From NCBI GenBank assembly GCA_965140585.1, contig OZ223269.1, positions 576,001 through 640,000 on the forward strand: a DNA stretch of 64,000 bases. The letters are read 5' to 3'. This DNA is from Spirochaetia bacterium. GTDB taxonomy: Bacteria; Spirochaetota; Spirochaetia; UBA9216. Made by a program: the position numbers and the translations under genes. Position 1 is the stretch's first letter. Each line of letters begins with the position of its first letter. The notes under the pieces are model-generated. The model was not told the origin of the DNA. It made no database searches and worked only from the letters and a program-made list of their open reading frames with translations. Below are positions 9,635-18,782 of this stretch, piece after piece.

Positions 9635-10459
9635 ATGAAGAAAAAAATGCCCGTAATGCTTACCTTTGATGTCGACGGAGAATCACTCTGGGCTTCCCGT
9701 GAGCTTGATCACCTTCCGGTTACACGCTCTCTGGGAACGTACGGTATTGTTGAGGGGCTTCCGAGAATAATGAAAGTTCTTGAAAGAAACGAAGTCCCGG
9801 CAACATTCTTTGTTCCCGGAATTATTGCTGAAAGGTATCCTGAGCAGATAAAGAAAATAGATACAGCCGGACATGAGATATGCAACCACAGCTACAGCCA
9901 TACATATCCGGACAAACTTCCTTCTGCTGATGCAGAAAAGGAAGAGCTTACAAAGACGAACGCGATACTTGAAAAGCTTACCGGAAAGACGCCTAAAGGA
10001 TATCGCTCTCCTGCGTGGGAGTTCAGTGAGAATACTCTGGATATCCTTCTTGATATAGGATTTGAGTATTCAAGCAACATGATGCATACAGATCGAATAG
10101 GATATCTGCAGGTGTTTGAGCGTAAGACTGATATCGTTGAACTTCCAATTCACTGGGTACTTGATGATGCTGCCTTCTGGCTGTACACAGTAAGGATTCC
10201 CGGAAAAGCGATACAGCCGGTTTCCGCTGTGCAGGAATTCTGGATTGCTGAATTTGATGCGCTTTATGAAGAGTTTATGGAAGAGGAAAATTCAGACATC
10301 TGTTTCATACTTACCTGCCATCCACAGGTGATCGGACGGCCTGCAAGAATGAAAGTTCTGGACAATCTTATTAAACATATAAAAACATTTGAGAATGTTG
10401 AATTTACTACATGCTGGCAGACAGCAGAGAAGTATAAAAAAGAGGGGACTGATGAGTAA
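9635..10459 (+). CDS. CE4 polysaccharide-deacetylase family amidohydrolase (PuuE/HpPgdA-like, cytoplasmic)
   Basis: TFDVD, NHSYSH, GYRSP, ELPxxWxLDD, HPQVIGRP; no signal peptide. Confidence 0.85.
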   Translation: MKKKMPVMLTFDVDGESLWASRELDHLPVTRSLGTYGIVEGLPRIMKVLERNEVPATFFVPGIIAERYPEQIKKIDTAGHEICNHSYSHTYPDKLPSADAEKEELTKTNAILEKLTGKTPKGYRSPAWEFSENTLDILLDIGFEYSSNMMHTDRIGYLQVFERKTDIVELPIHWVLDDAAFWLYTVRIPGKAIQPVSAVQEFWIAEFDALYEEFMEEENSDICFILTCHPQVIGRPARMKVLDNLIKHIKTFENVEFTTCWQTAEKYKKEGTDE

Positions 10460-11207
10460 AAATAATGCTGTTCTGCAGCTTTATCCGACAACCAAGCTGT
10501 ATCTCGCCCTGCTGATAGCTGTGTCTTCAGTAATTATTCCGAGCTACATTTATGCCTATTCCTGCTTTCTGATTGCAGCGGTAATTGCTGCAATGGCAGG
10601 CTGTCTGAGGGATTACCTTAAATTCTCCAGGAAATCTATTCTGATTCTGGTAATCCTGATTCTGGTAATGCAGATGTTCTTTTATCCGGGTGTGGATGAG
10701 GTATGGAGAAAGGGAATTTTCCGAATCACAAATGAAGGAATCCAGTTCGGGTTCAAGATGTCTTCGAGGGTTCTTGCGATAGCATGTTCTTTCGTTCTCT
10801 TTTTTAGAATTACTGAAGTAAAAGACTTTGTGCTTGCACTTGAGCAGAATGGATTTTCACCCACTGCAACCTATGTCATCCTGGCTACTCTGCAGATGAT
10901 TCCTGAAATGAAAAAACAGTCAACGGTTATCATGGATGCCCAGAGGGCAAGAGGTGTTGAAACCGAAGGCAGTCTGATGGTCAGAGTAAAGGCTTTTATT
11001 CCGATGCTTGGACCGCTTGTTCTTTCATCGATAGCCAATACCGAAGAAAGAGCTATCACTCTTGAATCACGGGCTTTTACCGCACCGGTTAAGAAAACTA
11101 GAATTCATAAAATCGAACTTACCAGGGCTGACAAGCCTCTCAAAGTTATCATGCTTATTATTCTTATAGGACTTATCGCAGGGAGGATTGCATTATGGCT
11201 CTTATAG
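10452..11207 (+). CDS. ecfT: ECF transporter transmembrane T component
   Basis: P-x-TKL start, AQRARG and LESRAF Arg motifs; ATG 10452 after GAGGGG. Confidence 0.9.
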   Translation: MSKNNAVLQLYPTTKLYLALLIAVSSVIIPSYIYAYSCFLIAAVIAAMAGCLRDYLKFSRKSILILVILILVMQMFFYPGVDEVWRKGIFRITNEGIQFGFKMSSRVLAIACSFVLFFRITEVKDFVLALEQNGFSPTATYVILATLQMIPEMKKQSTVIMDAQRARGVETEGSLMVRVKAFIPMLGPLVLSSIANTEERAITLESRAFTAPVKKTRIHKIELTRADKPLKVIMLIILIGLIAGRIALWLL

Positions 11208-12055
11208 AAGTTAAAAACCTGTCTTATAAATATCCGACCAGTAAAGGCGATGTTCTCAAGAACCTCAATTTTTCAATTGAAAAAGGCGAGTTCTGCTCAA
11301 TAATTGGATGCAACGGAAGCGGTAAAACAACACTGTGCAGTGCGTTAAGGGGATTTGTACCCAATTTTTACAAGGGTGAGCTGAACGGTCACATCATCCT
11401 GGACGGGCAGGATATGAGTGAGCTGAGCATGGGTGAGCTTGCTATGAAAATCGGCTATGTATTTCAGAATCCATTTATTCAGATCAGCGGTATTAAAAGT
11501 ACAGTTTTTGAAGAAGTAGCATACGGACTTGAGAATCTTGGTGTTGATCCGGAGGAGATTAATACACGTGTAGAAAAGATGTTCGAGTTCCTGCAGATTG
11601 AATATTTAAAAGACAAAGATCCCTTTGCTCTTTCCGGCGGACAAAAGCAGCGTGTAGCGCTTGCTTCCATCCTTGTAATGGAACCTGATGTTCTTGTAAT
11701 TGACGAACCCACCTCACAGCTTGATCCAATCGGAACCGAAGAGGTATTTCAGACTATCAAGCTTATGAAAGAAATGGGTAAAACAATCATACTTGTTGAA
11801 CACAAGATTGAGCTGGTTGCTGAGTACTCTGATCATATTATTCTTCTTGATGATGGCGAGATTGTAATGGACGGACCTGCTAAGGCTGTTCTTTCAAATG
11901 AGAAAGTTCTTGAGCATAATACTGCCATCCCACAGTTTGCACAGCTTTGTCTTGCGCTCAAAAACAGCGGTCTGCCTGTAGATGATATAGCGATCACGGA
12001 AGATGAATGCATAAACGTGATGGAAAAAATACTGACAAAAGAGGCTGTACTGTGA
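11195..12055 (+). CDS. ecfA: ECF transporter ATPase (A1)
   Basis: GCNGSGKT, VFQNP, LSGGQKQR, IDEPTSQLDP, VEH. Confidence 0.92.
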   Translation: MALIEVKNLSYKYPTSKGDVLKNLNFSIEKGEFCSIIGCNGSGKTTLCSALRGFVPNFYKGELNGHIILDGQDMSELSMGELAMKIGYVFQNPFIQISGIKSTVFEEVAYGLENLGVDPEEINTRVEKMFEFLQIEYLKDKDPFALSGGQKQRVALASILVMEPDVLVIDEPTSQLDPIGTEEVFQTIKLMKEMGKTIILVEHKIELVAEYSDHIILLDDGEIVMDGPAKAVLSNEKVLEHNTAIPQFAQLCLALKNSGLPVDDIAITEDECINVMEKILTKEAVL

Positions 12056-12873
12056 GTTTTATTGAACTGAAGAATGTAACTTTTACATATCCAAATGATT
12101 TTACTGCGATTGAGAATATAAATCTTGAAATAGCCAAAGGTGAATTCCTGGCAATAGTCGGTCAGAACGGAGCAGGGAAGACAACTACTGTTAAGCTGAT
12201 GAATGGACTTTTAAAACCGCAGGAAGGAGAAGTCATTATTGACGGATGGAACACTAACGATCATACAGTTGCTAAGCTTTCCTCAAAAGTAGGGTATATC
12301 TTTCAGAATCCGGATGAGCAGATTTTTAACGATTCAATTTACAGTGAAGTTGCATTTGGTCCAAAGTATATGAAACTTCCGATTGAAGAGATTAAGAATC
12401 GAGTACGGACAGCTGTTGATGTTACAAAAATACGCCCGTATTTAAATGAAAATCCATATAACCTGCCTTATTCTACAAGAAAGTTTGTAACAATTGCCGC
12501 AATTATGGCGAATGACCCGGATGTACTCATCCTTGATGAACCGACTGCCGGCCAGGACCTCTATGGTATGGAAGTTCTGGCAGATGTCTTAAAGTTTCTC
12601 AAGGAGCAGGGGAAGACTGTCATAACCATTACACATGATATGGAGTTCGTTGTAAAGAATTTTGAAAGGGTGGTCGTAATGGCCAACAAGAAAATCATTT
12701 CAGATTCCGATCGTAGAACAACCTTCTGGAACCATGATGTTTTAAAGCAGAGTATGCTAAAGCAGCCCTATGTCAGCAGAGTCGCCTATCGAATGGGTCT
12801 GTCCGGTAATGTTCTTGATGTTAATGAAATGATCAGTGCTGTTAAAACTGAAACAGGATTAAAGGAAGCATAA
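12052..12873 (+). CDS. ecfA: ECF transporter ATPase (A2)
   Basis: GQNGAGKT, IFQNPDEQIF, LDEPTAGQD, ITHDMEF; signature degenerate (LPYSTRK); GTG start overlapping upstream TGA. Confidence 0.9.
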   Translation: MSFIELKNVTFTYPNDFTAIENINLEIAKGEFLAIVGQNGAGKTTTVKLMNGLLKPQEGEVIIDGWNTNDHTVAKLSSKVGYIFQNPDEQIFNDSIYSEVAFGPKYMKLPIEEIKNRVRTAVDVTKIRPYLNENPYNLPYSTRKFVTIAAIMANDPDVLILDEPTAGQDLYGMEVLADVLKFLKEQGKTVITITHDMEFVVKNFERVVVMANKKIISDSDRRTTFWNHDVLKQSMLKQPYVSRVAYRMGLSGNVLDVNEMISAVKTETGLKEA

Positions 12874-13820
12874 TGGCAACACCGATAATTTTTGACTGTG
12901 ATCCGGGACATGATGATGCTGTAGCATTATTCATAGCTCTGGCAAATGATGCTATAGAAGTTAAAGGTATAACTACCTGTGCAGGTAATCAGCTTCCTGA
13001 AAAAACTTTTAACAACGCAAGAAAACTTCTGGCGCTTGCTGAAAGGGAAGATATTACCGTATGCCCCGGTGCTGAAAAACCGCTGACAAGGAACCTCCGG
13101 ATAGCTGCTGATATTCACGGTGATTCAGGGCTTGACGGAGCCGAACTTCCTGAACCGACCGTGGCAGAGTTTAAGGGAAAATCCTGGGACTTTACTGCAG
13201 ATATTATACGGAATCATCCGGAACCAATTACTCTGGTTGCAACCGGTCCGCTTACTAATGTCGCTATTTTTCTTCTTGCTTATCCGGAATTAAAAGAAAA
13301 ACTTGAACGGATAATCATTATGGGCGGTGCCTGCTTTGGAGGGAATATCACTCCGGCTGCAGAGTTTAATATTCTTGTAGATCCTGAAGCGGCTGATATT
13401 GTTTTCAAAAGCGGTGTAAAAGTTTCAATGTTCGGACTTGATGTTACAAACCGGGCCAGTATGATGCCTGATGAAATTAAGTCACTCCGGAACCTTGGTA
13501 CAAAATCCGGAGAAATATTCGCCGGTCTACTTGATTTCTTTATCACCAAGGCTACCAGATATTTTCTGGCGGATAAGGACTGGGTAGAAGGTGTACACCT
13601 TCATGATGCCTGCTGCATGGCTTATATTGTCGATCCTTCAATCTTTAGAATGGTTGACTGCCATGTTGAAATAGATACAAACGACGGACCGACTCTGGGC
13701 AGTACAGTTGTTGATTTCAACGGTGTAACAAAAAAGCCTGCAAATGCAGAAGTAGCTTTTAAAATTGACAGAGATAAGTTTATAGGTCTGGTTATAAAAT
13801 CGATAGCCAAATTCAATTAG
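12873..13820 (+). CDS. Inosine/uridine-preferring nucleoside hydrolase (Rih family)
   Basis: DCDPGHDD Ca-binding motif, IHGDSGL, TGPLTN, AEFNILVDPEAA, LHD. Confidence 0.92.
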   Translation: MATPIIFDCDPGHDDAVALFIALANDAIEVKGITTCAGNQLPEKTFNNARKLLALAEREDITVCPGAEKPLTRNLRIAADIHGDSGLDGAELPEPTVAEFKGKSWDFTADIIRNHPEPITLVATGPLTNVAIFLLAYPELKEKLERIIIMGGACFGGNITPAAEFNILVDPEAADIVFKSGVKVSMFGLDVTNRASMMPDEIKSLRNLGTKSGEIFAGLLDFFITKATRYFLADKDWVEGVHLHDACCMAYIVDPSIFRMVDCHVEIDTNDGPTLGSTVVDFNGVTKKPANAEVAFKIDRDKFIGLVIKSIAKFN

Positions 13821-13874
13821 TCATGGTTATAAATGTCCATACGGGGCATTAAATATATAACAAGGAGAAATTAA

Positions 13875-14498
13875 ATGGAAAAGAAAAGAAGTTTCAAGGA
13901 TGACTTCACCCTGGTTTCACTGCTGCTTATTCCAGTATGTGTTGCTATCAACATTGTAGGATTTCAGCTTGCCCAGCTGCTGAGACTCCCTGTGTTTCTT
14001 GATGTAATCGGAACAATACTAGTAGGTATTGTTGCCGGTCCCTGGATTGCTATCATTACCGGTTTTCTGACCAATGCTATCAATGCAATTTTTAATCCTG
14101 TATACCTGCCTTACTCAGTTGTAAACATGGCAATCGGTATCTTCGCTGCTCTGCTTTCTGCCAAAGGCATGATGGGCAAATGGTGGAAGATTGGTATTTC
14201 AGGTGTAATTATCGCTCTTGTAGCTACATGTACTGCCGCTCCCATCACTGTAATACTTTTTGGTGGAATGACAGGACATGCAACTTCAATGATTACTGCT
14301 GGATTCCTCGCTACAGGAACCAAGATCTGGACTGCTGTATTTTCTACCCACTTTATTACTGAAAGCGCAGACAAGATTCTCAGTCTCATTGTTGCTGTTC
14401 TTATTGTTAAAAGAATATCCAGCAGATACCTGTCAAAACTTAAATACGGTGAACAGTATATTAAGGAAGATAAAGTCGCTGAAGCTGCAGATATTTAA
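13875..14498 (+). CDS. ECF transporter substrate-specific S component
   Basis: About 6 hydrophobic helices, AIN...LRLPVFLDVIGT...AGPW signature, ADK near C-terminus; clustered with ecfT/A/A. Confidence 0.85.
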   Translation: MEKKRSFKDDFTLVSLLLIPVCVAINIVGFQLAQLLRLPVFLDVIGTILVGIVAGPWIAIITGFLTNAINAIFNPVYLPYSVVNMAIGIFAALLSAKGMMGKWWKIGISGVIIALVATCTAAPITVILFGGMTGHATSMITAGFLATGTKIWTAVFSTHFITESADKILSLIVAVLIVKRISSRYLSKLKYGEQYIKEDKVAEAADI

Positions 14499-14513
14499 TC
14501 TGCCGGATATTAT

Positions 14514-14548
14514 TAGACTGGTATTCAGCTGTAACTGAATACCGGCTA
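14514..14548 (+). terminator. Stem-loop after the ECF S gene
   Basis: CTGGTATTCAG-CTGTAA-CTGAATACCGG inverted repeat; weak U-tract. Confidence 0.5.
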
Positions 14549-14604
14549 ATAATTTATAACCATTCAAGTCTCTAATCAAGATTTAAATTGTAAATTGGAC
14601 AAAT

Positions 14605-15786
14605 ATGAAACAATTTTCTACACTTCTTAAAACATGGCCGGCTTCAGGTATACGTGAAATGCTTGATATGTACCGGCAATATCCGGATGCCGTTAATATG
14701 TGTAACGGGGATCCGGATCTGCCTACTCCTGAACATATAGTGGAGGCAGCTGTAAAATCACTTCGGGACGGAAATACCCAATATTCCACGGAATCCGGAA
14801 TTGTTGAGCTGCGGGAAGCTGTAGCTGCAAAGTATGTTAATCAGTTCGGTTTCGATTTTACTCCCGAGAATGTCATGGCTACTGCAGGCAGCATCGAAGC
14901 AATGTTTATTATTCTTGCAGGGATTCTTGACAGCGGAGATGAGGTAATAGTTTCAGATCCCAGCTACACCAGCTATGAAGGGCAGGTAAGAATGTTCGGC
15001 GGCCGTGTTGTTCGTGTCAAAGCTCCTGCTGAAAACGGGTTTTTGATGAATCCTGAGGAAATTGCCGAAAAAATAACCGGGAAAACTCGGGCGGTAATAC
15101 TTAATTATCCAAATAATCCATCAGGTACGCTTATCGATAACGAATATTGTGATAGGCTGGCAAACGCACTTGAAGGCCGCGATGTTCTGATTATTTCGGA
15201 TGAAGTATATGAAAAGATAGTCTTCGACGGAAAAACTCATTACAGTCCTATGCAGCATCCGCAATTAAAAGAAAAGGTTTTGATAGCAAACAGTCTTTCT
15301 AAAACCTATGCAATGACCGGTTGGCGGCTTGGATATATTCTTGGAAGCGGTAATTTAGTTTCAGGATTTTATAAAATGCAGCAGGCTCTTATCTCATGTC
15401 TGCCGATATTTGTACAGCATGCCGGTGTTGCCGCACTTAATGGTTCCCAGGATTGTGTTGAGCAGATGCGCAGGGAATACGAGCGCCGGCGAAATATTAT
15501 CTGTAATAAATTCGACTCCATCGAAAATCTTGATTATATTAAGTCCGGAGGCTCACTCGGAATAATGGCTGATATTAGAAAAACAGGAATCAGTTCGAGA
15601 GACTTTTCATTGAAACTGCTTTCGGAAGGCGGTGTCCTGACAGTTCCGGGTACTGCATTCGGTAAGGGAGCAGAAGGCTGGATAAGACTTGCTTTTGCAA
15701 ATTCAGCAGAAACCATGACTGCAGGGGCTGAAAGGTTTTCAGAATATTTTAACAACAATTTGAACTTCAGGGGTAATGATGCATAA
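14605..15786 (+). CDS. PLP-dependent aminotransferase class I/II
   Basis: GDPDL, NYPNNPSG, SDEVYE, NSLSKTYAMTGWRLGY, VPGTAFG, IRL. Confidence 0.92.
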   Translation: MKQFSTLLKTWPASGIREMLDMYRQYPDAVNMCNGDPDLPTPEHIVEAAVKSLRDGNTQYSTESGIVELREAVAAKYVNQFGFDFTPENVMATAGSIEAMFIILAGILDSGDEVIVSDPSYTSYEGQVRMFGGRVVRVKAPAENGFLMNPEEIAEKITGKTRAVILNYPNNPSGTLIDNEYCDRLANALEGRDVLIISDEVYEKIVFDGKTHYSPMQHPQLKEKVLIANSLSKTYAMTGWRLGYILGSGNLVSGFYKMQQALISCLPIFVQHAGVAALNGSQDCVEQMRREYERRRNIICNKFDSIENLDYIKSGGSLGIMADIRKTGISSRDFSLKLLSEGGVLTVPGTAFGKGAEGWIRLAFANSAETMTAGAERFSEYFNNNLNFRGNDA

Positions 15787-16732
15787 CAAACCGGTAGTGG
15801 TATTTACATTTCCCTATGGAAAGGAAAACTTCCTTAAAATAGAGCAGGAAGGTTATGAAGTCGTATATATTAATGAAGAAAAGATGACAGGAGATGAAAT
15901 GCCTGAAAATACTGAAGTTCTTGTATGCTATGATCCATTTGCTAAAGTAGATATAAGTAAACTTGATAAGTTGAAGTTTATTCAATTGGTCAGTAAAGGA
16001 ATCAACCAGGCTCCCCGTGAAAAAATAAAGAATGCAGGTATTATTGTTGCGAATAACGGCAACGCAACATCTATTCCAATTGCTGAATGGATTATCACAA
16101 TGATACTTATGCTGCTTAAGAATTCTTCATTCATATATAAAAATATGAATGATAAAATATGGAATGAAGACCGGAATATATCCGAGCTTGCAGGTAAGAG
16201 AGTAATCATCCTTGGGACAGGCGGAATTGCAATTGAAGCTGCCTCAAGACTGAAAGCTTTCGGAGTTGAAATTACAGGGATTAATAGGAGCGGAAGAGCT
16301 GTTGCCGGTTTTAATCGATGCTGCAGTCTGGATCAGTTTAATAATCTTCTTCCTGAATGTGATATTCTTGTTTCTGCTATTCCTGCGACTTCCGAGACTA
16401 AAAATCTTATTAACAAGAAAACACTGTCGCTATTGAAGAAAGATGCCTGCTTTATAAATATTTCCAGAGGTTCAGTAGTAAATGAGGATGATCTGATTGA
16501 GAAGCTCAACGACGGCTCGCTTAGAGGTGCCTCTCTAGATGTATTTAAACAGGAACCGCTGTCTTCAGACAGTCCATTATGGGATGCTGCTAATATTATA
16601 ATCACACCTCACAATTCTTACCTGTCAGATGCCTATCGAAATAGGGTATTTGAAGTAATATTTAAAAATCTAAAAAAATACAAGTCCGGAAAAACGCTTG
16701 ATTTTGTAGTTGACTTTGAAAAAGGCTACTAG
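15776..16732 (+). CDS. D-isomer-specific 2-hydroxyacid dehydrogenase
   Basis: ILGTGGIA Rossmann motif, NISRG, DVFKQEPL, ITPHNS. Confidence 0.9.
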   Translation: MMHNKPVVVFTFPYGKENFLKIEQEGYEVVYINEEKMTGDEMPENTEVLVCYDPFAKVDISKLDKLKFIQLVSKGINQAPREKIKNAGIIVANNGNATSIPIAEWIITMILMLLKNSSFIYKNMNDKIWNEDRNISELAGKRVIILGTGGIAIEAASRLKAFGVEITGINRSGRAVAGFNRCCSLDQFNNLLPECDILVSAIPATSETKNLINKKTLSLLKKDACFINISRGSVVNEDDLIEKLNDGSLRGASLDVFKQEPLSSDSPLWDAANIIITPHNSYLSDAYRNRVFEVIFKNLKKYKSGKTLDFVVDFEKGY

Positions 16733-16819
16733 GGTCTGATGATCTATTACAAATTTACTCCGATTATTTGATTTTGACCTCCACGTTCTTTAGTCTTTAT
16801 TGAACCAATGGAGGTGTAA

Positions 16820-17224
16820 ATGTCTTTAATTAATTGGAATGATTCATTTAGTGTAGGAATTGCTGAAATTGATGAACAGCATATTAATCTGGTAAAGATG
16901 CTGAACGAACTCACTGATGCAATGAAAGCCGGTAAGGGTAACGATGTTATGAGTCCCATCATTCAGCGATTAATCAAATATACCCAGACACACTTTAAAA
17001 CTGAAGAAAGCCTTTTCAAGTCTTATAATTATCCTGATGCATCTGAACATATCTCGGAACACCGTGATTTTGTAGAGAAAATCAGTGTGTTTAATGAAGA
17101 TTTTAAGAGCGGCAAAAAAACATTATCAATAGATATTCTGAACTTTCTTGCGGGATGGCTTCAGAGTCATATAAAGGGAACCGACAAAAAATATTCAGAG
17201 TTTTTGATATCTCATGGTGCCTGA
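16820..17224 (+). CDS. Bacteriohemerythrin
   Basis: W-x4-SVGIAEIDEQH, HFKTEE, H-x3-H, WLQSHIKGTD di-iron ligands. Confidence 0.93.
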   Translation: MSLINWNDSFSVGIAEIDEQHINLVKMLNELTDAMKAGKGNDVMSPIIQRLIKYTQTHFKTEESLFKSYNYPDASEHISEHRDFVEKISVFNEDFKSGKKTLSIDILNFLAGWLQSHIKGTDKKYSEFLISHGA

Positions 17225-17412
17225 TATATATTATTTAAAATAAAATCAACTAATATTTAGAATTCTAAATAAAAGTAAGCATATTCGCTAATATAACACT
17301 TGTGTAAATCGATGTATATTATTAACTTATATATAATGATATTGAAAATGATATCTGCAATTGTTTATAGATATAAATAAATAATTATATTTTATTAAGT
17401 TTAGGAGATAAT

Positions 17413-18768
17413 ATGAATAACGATTTTACAAGCGGTACGCTCTTTGAGTCACCGGAAAGCGAGGACCCCGAAAAACAGACATCAGACAGAATAATGATGA
17501 TCTCATCACATGGATATGTCGCTGCAGAGCCACCTCTAGGTGCGCCTGATACCGGGGGGCAGGTTGTTTATGTCCTTGAGCTGTCAAAAGTTCTCGGCAG
17601 ACTGGGGTATCATGTTGATATTTTTACCAGGCGCTTTGAAGATCAGCCGGAAATTGATCTAGTTGAAGAACGCGTCCGTGTTGTGCGTATACCATGCGGA
17701 GGGAATAATTTTATCCCTAAAGAATATTTATATGAACATATACCGGAGTTTTCAGATAATCTGCAGAACTGGATAATTAGAAATAAACACCAATACAAAT
17801 TTATTAATAGTCATTACTGGGATGCCGGTCTTGCAGGGGAGATTCTTAGAAAGGAACTTTCTATTCCGCACATTCACACACCGCATTCAGTTGGAATCTG
17901 GAAGAAAAATAATATGGAAAAAGATTTCGATAAAAGTGAAGCTGAATTTGAAAAAATCTATAATTTTGAAGACCGAACCAAATATGAAGAGACAATTTTT
18001 AATGATTGCAGCGGTCTGGTTGCGACTACTCCGATACAGCAGGAAATGCTTATAACTGAATATGAACTTCCGGAGCAGAAAGTCACTATGATACCTCCCG
18101 GATATGATGATAACAAATTTTTCCCTATGGGAGATGCCTCAAAAGCTATAATTAAAGAAAAGATGGGTTTTACCGGAAACAGCATTCTTGCAATTTCAAG
18201 ACTGGCTCATAACAAAGGTCTGGACTTGCTTGTGGACGGTTTCTCAATATTTGCCAAACGTGATCCTGATGCTCACCTTTATCTTGCTGTCGGACATGAA
18301 GAGCGTTCCGACACCGAAGAAGCGATTTACAGCGATTTGATTGAAAGAGCGGAAAAGTACGGAATATCTGACAGAGTCCATTTTACCGGTTTTATTCCGG
18401 ATGATATGATGGCTGACTGTTACCGGGCTGCAGATGTTTTTGTTCTTTCCAGCCGCTATGAACCTTTCGGTATGACAGCTGTTGAGGCGATGGCCTGCGG
18501 TACTCCTACTATAGTCACAGCACATGGAGGATTGTGCAAGGTTATAAAAGACGGAATACATGGTCTGAAGTCTGATCCTTTTGAGCCTGAAGATCTTGCC
18601 ATGGATATGCATACCATACTCAAACATGATGCACTTGCTTACCTGCTTTCTTCGGAAGGCAGCAGGGTAGCGCGAAGTAAATTCAGCTGGACAGAGATAG
18701 TAAATCAGCTGATAGAATTTGTAGAATCAAATGATTTTAAAGAGAGCAGAAGCACTGTACTGAACTGA
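17413..18768 (+). CDS. mfpsA: GT4 glycosyltransferase, mannosylfructose-phosphate synthase / sucrose-phosphate synthase family
   Basis: ISSHGYVAAEPPLGAPDTGGQVVYVLEL, NSHYWDAG, HTPHS, SRYEPFGMTAVEAMACG. Confidence 0.75.
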   Translation: MNNDFTSGTLFESPESEDPEKQTSDRIMMISSHGYVAAEPPLGAPDTGGQVVYVLELSKVLGRLGYHVDIFTRRFEDQPEIDLVEERVRVVRIPCGGNNFIPKEYLYEHIPEFSDNLQNWIIRNKHQYKFINSHYWDAGLAGEILRKELSIPHIHTPHSVGIWKKNNMEKDFDKSEAEFEKIYNFEDRTKYEETIFNDCSGLVATTPIQQEMLITEYELPEQKVTMIPPGYDDNKFFPMGDASKAIIKEKMGFTGNSILAISRLAHNKGLDLLVDGFSIFAKRDPDAHLYLAVGHEERSDTEEAIYSDLIERAEKYGISDRVHFTGFIPDDMMADCYRAADVFVLSSRYEPFGMTAVEAMACGTPTIVTAHGGLCKVIKDGIHGLKSDPFEPEDLAMDMHTILKHDALAYLLSSEGSRVARSKFSWTEIVNQLIEFVESNDFKESRSTVLN

Positions 18769-18782
18769 TAAACTGGGGAAAG

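Noticed and set aside
17225-17412. Very AT-rich intergenic tract as an origin or mobile-element end
   Set aside because: No DnaA-box cluster, iterons, terminal inverted repeats or transposase; most simply a promoter region.
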